A DNA stretch of 64,000 nucleotides from an uncultured Gemmatimonadales bacterium (GCA_963741945.1 CAVUKA010000006.1:192001-256000), one strand, 5' to 3'. Positions 48,787 through 59,074 are shown, counted from the stretch's first letter. The notes: generated by a model not told the origin, from the sequence alone. Translations and numbers: made by a program.

Positions 48787-50118
48787 ATGCCCTTCCGAAC
48801 GACCCTCTCGCCAATGCCATGCCGCGCCCGCGAGCGCCGGACGCTCCGGGCGCTCGCCACTGTCGCGCTCGTGGCGGCGGCCCTCGTCGCCCTGCCGGCC
48901 GCGGCCGCGCCCCAGGCGGATCAGGACCGTACGGACAGCCTGCGCGTCTTCCTCCTCACGTTCGGGAAGGGGGAGGCGGTGTGGGAGCGCTTCGGCCACA
49001 ACGCGCTCTGGGTCCACGACCCCGGCGCGGGGACGGACCGGGCGTACCACTACGGCCTGTTCGACATGAGCCGGGCGGGTTTCATGGTGGATTTCCTCCA
49101 GGGGCGGATGTTCTACTCCATGGGGGAGGTCGACGCGCTCCGCCTCATCGACGCCTACCGCCGCATGGGGCGCCCGGCCACGATCCAGTCGCTGAACCTG
49201 TCACGCGAGCAGATCCGGGAGCTCCAGGAGTTCCTCGAATGGAACATGCGTCCCGAGAATCGCGGCTATCGCTACGACTATTTCCGGGACAATTGCTCGA
49301 CGCGCGTGCGGGACGCGCTCGACAGGACGCTGGGCGGTCAGCTCTCCGCGGCGTTGCGGGGGCGGGGCACGAACATGACCTACCGCTCGGAAGCGCTCCG
49401 CCTCACGGCCGATGACCCGCTCCTCACGCTCGGCCTGGACGTCGGGCTCGGGCCGCTGGCCGACCAGCGCCTCGATCGCTGGCAGCTCGCCTTCATTCCC
49501 ATGCGGCTCCGCGACGACGTTCGGACCATCACCGTGCTGCGGGACGGTCGCTCCGTTCCGCTCGTGACGGGCGAGCGCCACCTGGATGCCCGCGGCGTAC
49601 CGGACGGCCAGATCGAGGTGTCCGGAGAAGCGACGGGCGGCCGGCTCGGCTGGATGCTCGCGCTCGGCCTCGCGTGCGCCCTGCTCTTCGCCGCGCTGGG
49701 ATGGGGAGCGACCCGCCCGGGGGCGGACCGCCTCGGCGCCACCATCGCGCGGTGGACCCTCGGCCTCGCCGGCGCCGCGTGGGGCCTGCTCGCCGGAGGC
49801 ATCGGCGTCATCCTTGCCGGGCTCTGGCTGTTCACCGACCACCAGTTCGCTCACGCCAATGAGAATCTATTCCAGGCCAACCCGCTGGCGCTCGGACTGG
49901 CGGTGCTGGTCCCGCTCGCACTGACGGGGCGAGCCATCCGGCCGGCCGCCCGGCTTGCCGCCGCCCTCGCCGCGCTGTCGCTGACCGGCCTGCTCGTCTA
50001 TCCGCTCCCCCTCACCCACCAGGCCACGCTGGGCATCATCCTCCTGGCGCTCCCGATCCACCTGGCCCTCGCCTGGACCCTCGCCCGCCTCCGGCACGTT
50101 AGCAGCGGCACGCGCTGA
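48787..50118 (+). CDS. DUF4105/Lnb-like membrane protein
   Basis: FGHNALWV, YHYGLFD, YRYDYFRDNCSTR, FIP; C-terminal TM bundle. Confidence 0.8.
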   Translation: MPFRTTLSPMPCRARERRTLRALATVALVAAALVALPAAAAPQADQDRTDSLRVFLLTFGKGEAVWERFGHNALWVHDPGAGTDRAYHYGLFDMSRAGFMVDFLQGRMFYSMGEVDALRLIDAYRRMGRPATIQSLNLSREQIRELQEFLEWNMRPENRGYRYDYFRDNCSTRVRDALDRTLGGQLSAALRGRGTNMTYRSEALRLTADDPLLTLGLDVGLGPLADQRLDRWQLAFIPMRLRDDVRTITVLRDGRSVPLVTGERHLDARGVPDGQIEVSGEATGGRLGWMLALGLACALLFAALGWGATRPGADRLGATIARWTLGLAGAAWGLLAGGIGVILAGLWLFTDHQFAHANENLFQANPLALGLAVLVPLALTGRAIRPAARLAAALAALSLTGLLVYPLPLTHQATLGIILLALPIHLALAWTLARLRHVSSGTR

Positions 50119-50510
50119 CCCGGGCAGCGCCCCGGTCATGGCCCATCGCGGCACATACCCTGTGCCGGGGCGTGACGCCCGGCGCACCTCCCGGACGCCC
50201 CGCTTTCCACGGAAATCCGCGTCCTTGCGGCCCCTCCGTGAGCCGGGGGCGAACGGCTCGGATGGTGCATTTCTCGGCCGGCACGCGCGACTAGGGAAGC
50301 GGCTCGCCCGCTCAGCCCCCGAAACCCGCGCCTTGTGGATGCGACTCGATGACGTGCATCGTCAGAGTGCGGCATCCCAGTGGTTGGCCATCTGGAGGCA
50401 GGCAACAGGCAATGGGTCGCACACGTTCATCGGGCACGCGAATCGGCGTCCCGCTCCGCCGCCGGATACGGTGGAGGGCGGGCGACAGCCGCATCGTGGG
50501 CCGACGGTCG

Positions 50511-51200
50511 ATGCGACGGTTCGTGTACGGCGTCCTGGCGTCCCTCGCCGCACTCTCCACGGTCACCCCGCCCGCCACTGCCCAGGCGACGGCGGATCAG
50601 AGCCGGCGCATCGTCGTTTCTCTCGGCCAGAAGGAGCTCTGGCTCCTGGAAGGTCAGGACACGCTCCTCGCGGCCCCCGTGGCCGTGGGGCGGGACGAGT
50701 CCTTCCGCTACGGCGGGAAGTCGGTGGAGTGGAGAACCCCCCGGGGCACCCGCTCCGTGCTGGCCAAGCGAAGCGACCCGGTATGGACCGTCCCCGACTG
50801 GCATTACTACGAGCGGGCGGAGGAGGAGGGGCTCCGGGTGATACGCGTGGACCGGGGGCAGCGCTATCCGCTGCCGGACGGCACGCGGCTGGAGGTGCGG
50901 GGAAACAACGTGGTCCGCGTCAGCGGGGATCGTTTCTGGAAAGTGCCGCAGGGCAGCGAGATCATCGTGGATGGCGTGCTCTACATGCCCCCGCCCGGAA
51001 CGGTGCAGCGCCGCGTTCCCGGGGCCCTCGGGACCCGGGCCCTGGACCTGGGCGACGGCTACCTGATCCACGGCATCACGCCATACAACCGTTCGTCCAT
51101 TGGCGCCAGCGTGAGCCACGGCTGCATACGGATGCGGAATACCGACATTGAGCGTTTGTTCGACCTCGTCTACGCAGGGACGCCGGTGCTCATTGAGTGA
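50511..51200 (+). CDS. L,D-transpeptidase (YkuD family)
   Basis: Signal peptide; IHG...SHGCIRM catalytic motif; GTPV. Confidence 0.88.
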   Translation: MRRFVYGVLASLAALSTVTPPATAQATADQSRRIVVSLGQKELWLLEGQDTLLAAPVAVGRDESFRYGGKSVEWRTPRGTRSVLAKRSDPVWTVPDWHYYERAEEEGLRVIRVDRGQRYPLPDGTRLEVRGNNVVRVSGDRFWKVPQGSEIIVDGVLYMPPPGTVQRRVPGALGTRALDLGDGYLIHGITPYNRSSIGASVSHGCIRMRNTDIERLFDLVYAGTPVLIE

Positions 51201-51236
51201 CATGGCACCCGTCCCGTGGAGTGAAGGCAGAGCGAG

Positions 51237-51797
51237 ATGACCAGGAAGAAGAAGTGGGGGATCGCGATCCTTCTGTCTCTGATCGCGCTGCTGGTCGCCG
51301 CCGTGGCGTTCATGGCGGGGGCTCGTGCGGGCGGGCCGCAGCTCGTGGATCAGCTCGCCATGGCAGAGGCGCCGAAGGAGGCGGCGGACACCGCTGAGCC
51401 GATCGCGTCGAAGCCGGTCTACACACCGCCACCGCTCCAGCCGGCGGTGGGCTGGCCGTTCGAGCCGCTTCCGCGGATCGCGAAATTCACGCGCACCCTG
51501 CCGGAGGTCGAGCTGGCGAACACCTTCTCGGACTATCTGCACTCCCCCGAGATCCGGAGCCTGCCGGTCGCGGCTTCCGCCGCCCCGGTCAGCCGCTCCC
51601 CGTCCGTCGCCTGGGTGCTGCCGCCACTCGCGGCCGCCGGTGGGCTCGCCCTGGGATCCAGGGAGTCCAGCTGGGGAGGAAGCTCCGTCGTGCCCGAGCC
51701 CGGGACCATTCTCCTCCTGGCCACTGGACTCCTGATCCTGGGCCTCATCGTCGTCCGACGCAGGCGGAAGGCGGGCAGCGCGACGACGGAATCGTGA
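51237..51797 (+). CDS. PEP-CTERM sorting-domain protein
   Basis: C-terminal VPEPGTILLLATGLLILGLIVVRRRRK; N-terminal hydrophobic signal. Confidence 0.8.
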   Translation: MTRKKKWGIAILLSLIALLVAAVAFMAGARAGGPQLVDQLAMAEAPKEAADTAEPIASKPVYTPPPLQPAVGWPFEPLPRIAKFTRTLPEVELANTFSDYLHSPEIRSLPVAASAAPVSRSPSVAWVLPPLAAAGGLALGSRESSWGGSSVVPEPGTILLLATGLLILGLIVVRRRRKAGSATTES

Positions 51798-51805
51798 TGC
51801 TCCCC

Positions 51806-51831
51806 GGGAGCGGGCTTCCCGGCCCGCTTCC
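51806..51831. terminator. Hairpin between convergent genes
   Basis: GGGAGCGGGC-ttcccg-GCCCGCTTCC, 10-bp stem including one G-U pair. Confidence 0.5.
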
Positions 51832-51843
51832 GTCCCCTGCGTC

Positions 51844-52473
51844 CTAGTTCGACCGGGTCGTGGCGGAAGCGGGCTCCTTCCCCAATCCAAGCACGTACGT
51901 CAGCCCCAGGTCCACCGTGAGCTCCGAAACGCTCGTGCTCGATTCCCGGCCGTTCGCTTCCACCTTGAACGAGTAGTGCCGGTATCGCGCTGTCGGCCGG
52001 AGGAACAGCCCCCGGGCCGGTAGCGCGATCTCCACACCGGCTCCCCCTTCCAGGGTCGAGATCCCGTCGGTGTCCACGTGCGCCAGGTCGCCGCCCGCGA
52101 GCAGGGGATCGAGATTGTGCCAGCCGATGCCGAGCCTGAGCCACGGCTGCAGACGCGATGAGTCGCGGACCGGGACCCACAGCTGCCCGCCCACGCCCAC
52201 CCCCGAGTCGACCCAGTTCCCGTCCCCGGGATTCGCCGCTCCATCCGCCACACCGAACGACGCCCGCTCATACGAACCGTAGACGCCCAGCAAACGGGTG
52301 ATCCGCACGCTCACGGACGCGTCGACGCTCCACCCCACCTTCGCGCCATCGTCCGCGAACGCGCCCAGCGGGACCGCGACGCCTCCCCCTCCACTCAGGA
52401 TGAGCGCGGGAACCTCCTGGGCTCCGGCCGACGTGGCCAGCAGCAGTAGTGGCAATACCAGTGCACGGCGCAT
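51844..52473 (-). CDS. Small outer-membrane beta-barrel protein
   Basis: Signal peptide AGA-Q; alternating amphipathic strands (GGGVAVP, LQPWLRLGIGW, VDLGLTYVL). Confidence 0.7.
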   Translation of the reverse strand: MRRALVLPLLLLATSAGAQEVPALILSGGGGVAVPLGAFADDGAKVGWSVDASVSVRITRLLGVYGSYERASFGVADGAANPGDGNWVDSGVGVGGQLWVPVRDSSRLQPWLRLGIGWHNLDPLLAGGDLAHVDTDGISTLEGGAGVEIALPARGLFLRPTARYRHYSFKVEANGRESSTSVSELTVDLGLTYVLGLGKEPASATTRSN

Positions 52474-52552
52474 GGCTCTCTCCATCCGGTTGCGTGAGCG
52501 GCTCGGTGCCGATTGTGGGCAGGCGCCCGTGATCAGGCCGGCCCGGAAACGG

Positions 52553-55500
52553 TCACCTCTGCGAATCGAGTCGCTCGAGGAGTGTCCGGACCGCCGCCTC
52601 CAGCTGCTGATCCTGCCCGCGGCTGACCACGTCATAGTCGTTCCAGACAGGCACGTCCACCTCGGTCTGCCAATTCTCGAGATAGCGGCCGGAGACCGCG
52701 TCCTTGACGCCCATCCCGGGCACACCCCAGACCACCCCGTTCTGGAGCATCTCCCAACCGGCGAACGTACACGTGCCGGGCACGGGCTGGCCTACCAGCG
52801 GCCCGATTTCCAGGTGGCGATACGCCCACGCGTAACAGTCGCCGTCGCTGTACGCGGCCTCGTTCACGATCGACACGCTCGGCTTCGTCCAGCGGAAGTT
52901 CGGCTCGAAACCGACGCTGCGGGTGTCGGTGGTGTAATCGAAGAACCGCTTCCCGCTCAGGAACATGGCCAGGTCCGCCACCAGGTCCCCGCCCCCATTC
53001 CAGCGCTCGTCCACGACCAGTCCGTCACGGTTCGGATACTTCCCCATGACCGTTTCGAAGGTGGACCGGTAGGCCCCGTCGTTCATGCCGGGGACGTGGA
53101 CGTACCCCAGCCGGCCATGACTGAGGCTGTCCACTTCCGCCTCGTTGCGCTCGACCCAGCGCAGGTATGCGAGCCGTCCTTCCTCGCGTGGCGTGATCGG
53201 CTTGACCACGACATCGCGCGTGCTCCGCGCCCCGGGGTCCCGCACCGACAGCAGAACGTTCCTGCCCGCCTTCCGGTTTAGCAGTGCGGCGAAATCCACG
53301 TCCGCGCCGATGGCGACGCCGTCAATGGCCGTGATGACGGACCCGGACTTCACGTCCATCCCCGGCCGGTCCAGCGGACCGCGCTTCATGACCTCCACGA
53401 CCTCCACGCCCGGTTCGGTGCGGCCGTAGTCGAAGAAGATCCCCAGCGACGCCGTCTCGTCCCCGTTCTCACCGCGGCTCGAGTAGCGCGCCCCGCTGTG
53501 GCTCACGTTCAACTCGCCCAGCATCTCGCTGAGCAGCTCCATGAAGTCGTATTCGTCGCCCACTCCGCTCAGGTACTTCCCGTACTGGGGACCGAGCGCC
53601 AGCCAGTCCACACCATGGTAGCCCTCGGTGTAGAACGTGTCCCGCGTCCTCCGCCACACGCGGTCGAAGAGCGCAGCCCGCTCCGCGTCCACATCCACCC
53701 GCATCTCCCCGCGCACCTTGATGTTCTCCCGCTTCCCACTGGACGGGTCCACGAGCGACATGCCGCCGTCCGACACCAGGAAGATCTTCTTCTGCGCGCT
53801 GTCCCATGCCATGCTGGCGCTGCCGACGTCCAGCGCCAGCACCATCTTCGTCTCCTTCGTGCGCAGCTGCGTCGACCACAGGTTCATGCCCTTCTCGAAC
53901 CGCGCCAGGTAGTACAGCGTCTCCCCGGCCTCGTCCATCAGCGCTCCGCCCATCCGCGAGGAATGGATCGTCAGACGCCCCTTGCGGTCCTGCGCTCCGT
54001 CCAGCTCCAGCACCACGGACTCGGGCAGGGACGGCTTCCGCTCCGCTCCCTTCTCACTCTCCTTTCCGGCCGCCTTCTTCGCCGCCGCCTCCGAGTCCTT
54101 CAGCAGCCGGTAATCCTCTTCGCTCAGGTTGAACCGGTCCCAGCCATCGCGGGTGAAGAACATGGCGTACGCATCCGTCTGGTCACCGCCGGACATGGCC
54201 ATGGACCGCATCCCGTCCCGGTTGCTCTGCCAGAGCATGGCTTTGCCACCCAGGATCCAGCTGGGCGCGAAATCGTTGAAGCCGCTCTCTGTCAGGTTGA
54301 TGGCCGGCTCGCCACCCGCCGCCCGCACCAGGCCCGCCTCGCCGGGCGCCAGCCCGGGGACCGCGTAGTCGAACAGGATCCACTGACCGTCCGGGCTCCA
54401 CTCGAAGTGCTGGCGCGGGCCCGTCCCGAACAGCTCCCGCTCCGTCAGCAGCGTTCGCGTCTCGCCGCTCGCCACATCCCGCACACGCAGGGTGTTGAAG
54501 TCCTCGATGTAGGCGATCTGCTTGCCATCGGGCGAGTACGACGGCTGGAAGTTCTGGTGCTCGTTCACGATCACCGGCTCCTCCGCCAGCACCGTCGAGG
54601 CGAAGAGGTACGGCTCCGCCTCCCGCGTCCGCTTCGCCCGGTACACCCCCCACTTCCCGGCTCGCTCGGACGCGTACAGCAGTGTGCGGCTGTCCGGCGA
54701 GAAGACGACGCCGGTCTCGGCTTCCGGCGTCACCGTCACCTGTTTCGTCGTCGCCCCGTCCACCGACGTGACGAACACATCCCCGCGGTAGACGAAGGCC
54801 ACTTCCTTCCCGTTCGGCGCCAGCACCGCTTCCCGCGCGCCGTTGCTGAACGTTTCGACCCGGGTCCCGTTCGTCGCCTTGTCCGTCGCCACCGTCACGT
54901 GCACGGGGCGCGGCTCGCCTCCCGGCGCCATCGTGTAGATCCGCCCCGCATGCGCGAACGCCAGCGTGCCGTCCCCGGAGCGCGTCAGGAACCGCACCGG
55001 CCCGCCCGCTGCGAAATGCGTCACCTGCCTGGACTCGCCCCCGGACAGCGGCATCCTGTGGACGTTGAACGTCCCGCTCTCCTCGCTCAGGTAGTAGACC
55101 GTCGAATCGCCGTCCGCGAAAACGGGGTTCCGGTCCTCGCCCGCGAACGTCGTGAGCTTGCGGTGCGTGTTCGCAGCCGCGTCGTAGACCCAGAGGTCCC
55201 GGGCCACCGACGACGTGTGGTGCTTCCGCCAGGGATTCTCCTGACCCTTCCGATCTTCGTACAGCATCAGCCGGCCGTCCGCGCTCGGCGCCACCGCTTC
55301 CGCCGGCGTGGTCAGGAGCTGGCGAGGCCGGCCACCGTTCACGGAAACACGGTAGAGCTCCGGCTGCGCCCCCGTCGGGAACAACCGACTCGCGGCCCGG
55401 TCCAGCCTCGTCGCCCCGTAGAGCACCGCCGCGCCATCCGGCGTGAACGCGTACGGGTACTCGTCGGCGCTGTGCACCGTCAGCCGCCGCGCTTCGCCGC

Positions 55501-55792
55501 CCTCCGCCGGGACCACGTACACGTCGAAGTTGCCGAACCGATCGCTGGCGAATGCGATCCGCCGACCATCACGGCTCCACACCGGCATGAAATCGTGCGC
55601 CGTGTGCGTGGTCAGCTGCGTCGCCGCGCCGCCCGCACTCGGCACGCGATACAGGTCCCCCCTGTACGCGAACACCAGCGTGGCACCATCCGGCGAAAGG
55701 GCCGGGTAGCGCAGCCACACGGCTTCCTCCTGGGCGGCAACAGGAGCGGCGAAAAGGCAGAGCGCGGCCAGGAGCAGCCAGATCCGGGTCAT
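52553..55792 (-). CDS. Tricorn-like S41 protease
   Basis: PD40/TolB-like repeats, PDZ, GELNVSH, DERWNGGG, YSDG. Confidence 0.9.
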   Translation of the reverse strand: MTRIWLLLAALCLFAAPVAAQEEAVWLRYPALSPDGATLVFAYRGDLYRVPSAGGAATQLTTHTAHDFMPVWSRDGRRIAFASDRFGNFDVYVVPAEGGEARRLTVHSADEYPYAFTPDGAAVLYGATRLDRAASRLFPTGAQPELYRVSVNGGRPRQLLTTPAEAVAPSADGRLMLYEDRKGQENPWRKHHTSSVARDLWVYDAAANTHRKLTTFAGEDRNPVFADGDSTVYYLSEESGTFNVHRMPLSGGESRQVTHFAAGGPVRFLTRSGDGTLAFAHAGRIYTMAPGGEPRPVHVTVATDKATNGTRVETFSNGAREAVLAPNGKEVAFVYRGDVFVTSVDGATTKQVTVTPEAETGVVFSPDSRTLLYASERAGKWGVYRAKRTREAEPYLFASTVLAEEPVIVNEHQNFQPSYSPDGKQIAYIEDFNTLRVRDVASGETRTLLTERELFGTGPRQHFEWSPDGQWILFDYAVPGLAPGEAGLVRAAGGEPAINLTESGFNDFAPSWILGGKAMLWQSNRDGMRSMAMSGGDQTDAYAMFFTRDGWDRFNLSEEDYRLLKDSEAAAKKAAGKESEKGAERKPSLPESVVLELDGAQDRKGRLTIHSSRMGGALMDEAGETLYYLARFEKGMNLWSTQLRTKETKMVLALDVGSASMAWDSAQKKIFLVSDGGMSLVDPSSGKRENIKVRGEMRVDVDAERAALFDRVWRRTRDTFYTEGYHGVDWLALGPQYGKYLSGVGDEYDFMELLSEMLGELNVSHSGARYSSRGENGDETASLGIFFDYGRTEPGVEVVEVMKRGPLDRPGMDVKSGSVITAIDGVAIGADVDFAALLNRKAGRNVLLSVRDPGARSTRDVVVKPITPREEGRLAYLRWVERNEAEVDSLSHGRLGYVHVPGMNDGAYRSTFETVMGKYPNRDGLVVDERWNGGGDLVADLAMFLSGKRFFDYTTDTRSVGFEPNFRWTKPSVSIVNEAAYSDGDCYAWAYRHLEIGPLVGQPVPGTCTFAGWEMLQNGVVWGVPGMGVKDAVSGRYLENWQTEVDVPVWNDYDVVSRGQDQQLEAAVRTLLERLDSQR

Positions 55793-55987
55793 GAATCGCG
55801 TCCAGTTTCAGGGTTCCAGGGTGGGGCAACCGGCAATATGCGGAGCCGGACCGTCGCCGTCCACCAGCAGGGCGACGTCGGAAAGCTCCGGCCACGGGCA
55901 CGCGCGCGTCGGCCCCGCGCGGGCCATGCCGGACACCGCCGGCCTCCGCTTGCGCATCGGCGCGGGCCATGGCACATTCGTCGTTGA

Positions 55988-56004
55988 TTGAGAATGAATC
56001 TCAA
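55988..56004 (+). promoter_or_regulatory. Fur-box-like palindrome upstream of feoAB
   Basis: TTGAGA-ATGAA-TCTCAA; 7-1-7 TGAGAAT-G-AATCTCA. Confidence 0.75.
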
Positions 56005-56105
56005 CTGCGCACGGAACCGATGCGCGGACCGCAGGCGGAGAGAGGCAGGGATGAGACGACGGCAGCGCACGAGGAGCGCGCGGAAGCGGCGGCGGGCCGG
56101 AGGGG

Positions 56106-56384
56106 CTGCGCCTGTCGCAGGTCCCGCTGGGCGAGGAGGTCGAGCTGGACTCCATCGAGCTGCCGCCCGCGGAGCTGGAAGCGCTTCTGGAGCGAGGGCT
56201 CCTCCCCGGCTGCCGGATCTGCACGGTTCGTCGTTCACCGTTCGGTGATCCCATCGTGCGAGTGGACGGGACGGTGCTCGCGCTGCGCCGGGAAGTGGCG
56301 AGGTGCCTGTGCGTCCGTCGCCCGCCGTCGCCGGGCGGAGGCGGTGACGGGGGCGGGTGGCGGGGGCGAGGGCGAGGGCGGTGA
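56106..56384 (+). CDS. feoA: Ferrous iron transport protein FeoA (no canonical in-frame start)
   Basis: Absent from the ORF track; LRLSQVPLGEEV...LLERGLLPG...SPFGDP...LALRREVA; stop overlaps the feoB GTG. Confidence 0.8.
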   Translation: MRLSQVPLGEEVELDSIELPPAELEALLERGLLPGCRICTVRRSPFGDPIVRVDGTVLALRREVARCLCVRRPPSPGGGGDGGGWRGRGRGR

Positions 56385-58375
56385 GCCCGGGAAGCGCCGG
56401 GGCGACGTGTCACGATCGGGGTGGCGCGGCCGTGGCAACGGCGAATGGGGCGGGACCGGACGGCCGCACGGGTGGAGCTCCACCGCTCGTCGCCCTGGTG
56501 GGGCCACCGAACGCGGGGAAGACCACGCTCTACAACCAGCTGACGGGTCTTCGCCAGAAAGTGGCGAACTACCCGGGCGTGACGGTGGAGAAGCACGTCG
56601 GTCGCGTGCGCCTGGAAGGCGAGCGCGAAGTGCGGCTGGTGGATCTGCCGGGCGTGAACGGGTTCACGGGCCGGACACTGGACGAACGGGTGACGCGGGA
56701 CGTGCTGGCGGGGCGCGTCGAGGGGCTTCCCCGCCCGGACGCGATCCTGGCCATCGTGGACGCCACGCGGCTCGAGACGCAGCTCATGCTCATCGAGCCG
56801 ATCCTGGAGATGGGCCGCCCCACCCTGCTGCTCCTGAACATGGTGGATGAGCTGGAGGCTCGGGGCGGCCGGATCCAGGATGGGGCGCTGGCCGAGCGCT
56901 TCGGCGTCCGCGTGGCCCGGACCAACGCACGCGCGGGCCACGGACTGGAGCGCGTCCGTGAGTTCCTCTCCGCCGTCGCCGCGGGCGAGCTGGACGGCGG
57001 GACGCCTGCGTGGAACGGCCGGTCCCCCGCGGCGCCCGGCGAAGAGACCGCCGTGGCGGGCTTCGGGGCGCGCAGGAACCTCCCGGTGCTCGACGCGTTC
57101 GCAGAGCGCCGCGCCCGGGTGCGCTCGGCGGTGGAAGCGGCGGACCATCGGCCGCCCGAGCCCTCCGCGCTCAGCGAGCGTCTCGACGCCATCCTCCTGC
57201 ATCGCGTGTGGGGGCCGCTCGTGTTCCTGGCCGTCGTGCTCGTGGTCTTCCAGGCCATCTTCACATGGGCCGCGCCGCTCATCGACGGCCTGGAGTGGAT
57301 CGTGGCCACGTCCGGCGAGTGGCTGGCGCCGCACCTCCCGTCGGGCTGGGTGCGGTCGCTCATCATCGACGGCGTGTGGTCCGGCGTGGGCTCCGTCGTC
57401 GTATTCCTTCCCCAGATCCTCCTGCTCTTCCTGTTCCTGGCAGTCCTGGAAGACTCCGGCTACATAGCCCGCGCGGCGGTGATCGCGGACCGCCTCATGT
57501 ACCGGGTGGGATTGCAGGGTCGAGCCTTCCTGCCGCTCATCAGCGGATACGCCTGCGCCGTCCCGGCGATCCTCTCGGCCCGCACGGTGGAAAACGAACG
57601 GGACCGCCTGGCCACGATCTTCGTCACGCCGTTCATGACCTGCTCGGCCCGACTCCCCGTGTACGCGCTTCTGATCGCGGCGTTCATCCCGGCGAAGCCG
57701 CTGCTGGGCCCCGTCTTGGGCTCACGCACCGCCGTGCTCCTGGGACTCTATGGACTGGGACTCATCGCGGCCATCGGGACTGCGTTCCTCCTCAAGCGGA
57801 CGCTGCTGAGAGGTGGGGAGACGGGCTTCATGATGGAGCTGCCGCCGTACCGGCTGCCATCCCCGAAGTCGGTGGGCCTGCGGCTGCTGGACCGGAGTCG
57901 CATCTTCTTCAGTCGCGCCGGGAAGATCATCTTCACGGTCACCATCGCGCTCTGGCTGCTCACCCAGGTGCCGCGGACGCCGCAGGGCCCACCTCCCATC
58001 GGCGACAGCGTGCTCGGCCGCGTCGGCCACGTGATCGAGCCCGTCATCGAACCGCTCGGGTTCGACTGGACGGTGGGCGTCGGGCTGGTGTCGTCACTGG
58101 CCGCGCGGGAGGTGATCGTGGGGACGCTCGGCACCATCTACGGCGTCGAGGACGCGTCCGAGTCCTCCATCTCGCTGCAGTCCAATCTCCGCCAGCACCT
58201 GGACACGGGGGCGGCCGTGGCGCTGCTCGTCTTCTTCGCCTTCGCGTTGCAGTGCACGTCCACCATCGCCGTGATGCGCCGCGAGACCGGCGGGTGGAAG
58301 TGGCCGGCCATCCAGTTCGGCTACATGCTCGCGATGGCCTTCTCAGGGGCGTGGCTCGCGAACTGGCTCCTGTAA
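56381..58375 (+). CDS. feoB: Ferrous iron transporter FeoB
   Basis: GPPNAGKT, NYPGVTVE, DLPG, NMVD, LEDSGY, CSARLP, MELPPY, AAREV. Confidence 0.95.
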   Translation: MSPGSAGATCHDRGGAAVATANGAGPDGRTGGAPPLVALVGPPNAGKTTLYNQLTGLRQKVANYPGVTVEKHVGRVRLEGEREVRLVDLPGVNGFTGRTLDERVTRDVLAGRVEGLPRPDAILAIVDATRLETQLMLIEPILEMGRPTLLLLNMVDELEARGGRIQDGALAERFGVRVARTNARAGHGLERVREFLSAVAAGELDGGTPAWNGRSPAAPGEETAVAGFGARRNLPVLDAFAERRARVRSAVEAADHRPPEPSALSERLDAILLHRVWGPLVFLAVVLVVFQAIFTWAAPLIDGLEWIVATSGEWLAPHLPSGWVRSLIIDGVWSGVGSVVVFLPQILLLFLFLAVLEDSGYIARAAVIADRLMYRVGLQGRAFLPLISGYACAVPAILSARTVENERDRLATIFVTPFMTCSARLPVYALLIAAFIPAKPLLGPVLGSRTAVLLGLYGLGLIAAIGTAFLLKRTLLRGGETGFMMELPPYRLPSPKSVGLRLLDRSRIFFSRAGKIIFTVTIALWLLTQVPRTPQGPPPIGDSVLGRVGHVIEPVIEPLGFDWTVGVGLVSSLAAREVIVGTLGTIYGVEDASESSISLQSNLRQHLDTGAAVALLVFFAFALQCTSTIAVMRRETGGWKWPAIQFGYMLAMAFSGAWLANWLL

Positions 58376-58393
58376 CAGTCCGGCCTCCGCAAC

Positions 58394-58936
58394 TCAGTTC
58401 ATCGATGGATCGTACGGCATCCGCGACAGACGCCGGTACTCCGGGCCCTTCCGCTCGAGCACCCGCGCCCACAGCGTGTCCGGCGCATCCGTGAAGACGT
58501 CCTCCTCCCGCGCCGGATCGACGATCCAGGAGCCCGTCTCCATCTCCGCCTCGAGCTGACCCGGACCCCAGCCCGCGTGTCCCACGAACACGCGCGCGCG
58601 ACGCAGCACCGGGAGGACCTCCGGGGAGATGTCCCCGGTCAGGAAGCCCACCGTGCCGAACACCGGGACGTCGGCCAGGGCGGCGTGCGCCAGCTCGGCC
58701 AGCAGCACCGGCTCCCGCGGCTGGACCGGACCGCCCCGGTACACGAGCTCACCCGGGCCCGCCAACGCGCTCAGCGGCGGGAACGCCGCGGCCACCGGGA
58801 CGTCCAGCGGCCGGTTCAGCACCACGCCCAGCGCCCCGTCCTGATTGTGCTCGCCCACGAGCACCACCGTGTGGCGGAAGTTCGGATCGAAGAGGCCGCC
58901 GCCGGAGATCAGCAGCCGTCCGCGCAAGCTCTTCAT
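58394..58936 (-). CDS. YqgE/AlgH family protein
   Basis: DPNFRHTV, GVVLNRP, GGPV, GHAGWGPGQLEAE. Confidence 0.9.
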   Translation of the reverse strand: MKSLRGRLLISGGGLFDPNFRHTVVLVGEHNQDGALGVVLNRPLDVPVAAAFPPLSALAGPGELVYRGGPVQPREPVLLAELAHAALADVPVFGTVGFLTGDISPEVLPVLRRARVFVGHAGWGPGQLEAEMETGSWIVDPAREEDVFTDAPDTLWARVLERKGPEYRRLSRMPYDPSMN

Positions 58937-59074
58937 GGCGACAAGTTTAGGCCCTGCGGCTCGTCACGGGCAAGCGTCCTGCTCCTTGCTTTGTAGCGCA
59001 AAGCGCTTTACTGTGCACGCGGCAACGCAGGCCGCTGTGGCCGCGCTGCCGCGTGCCCCGGACGGGTGGTGACC

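Noticed and set aside
50119-50510. c-di-AMP riboswitch upstream of the L,D-transpeptidase
   Set aside because: I could not find the conserved ydaO sequence motifs by eye; needs Infernal.
55969-56850. ORF-track calls 55969-56850 and 55988-56248
   Set aside because: Wrong frames; the FeoA-like peptide is in the third frame and these starts lie upstream of or within the Fur-like box.
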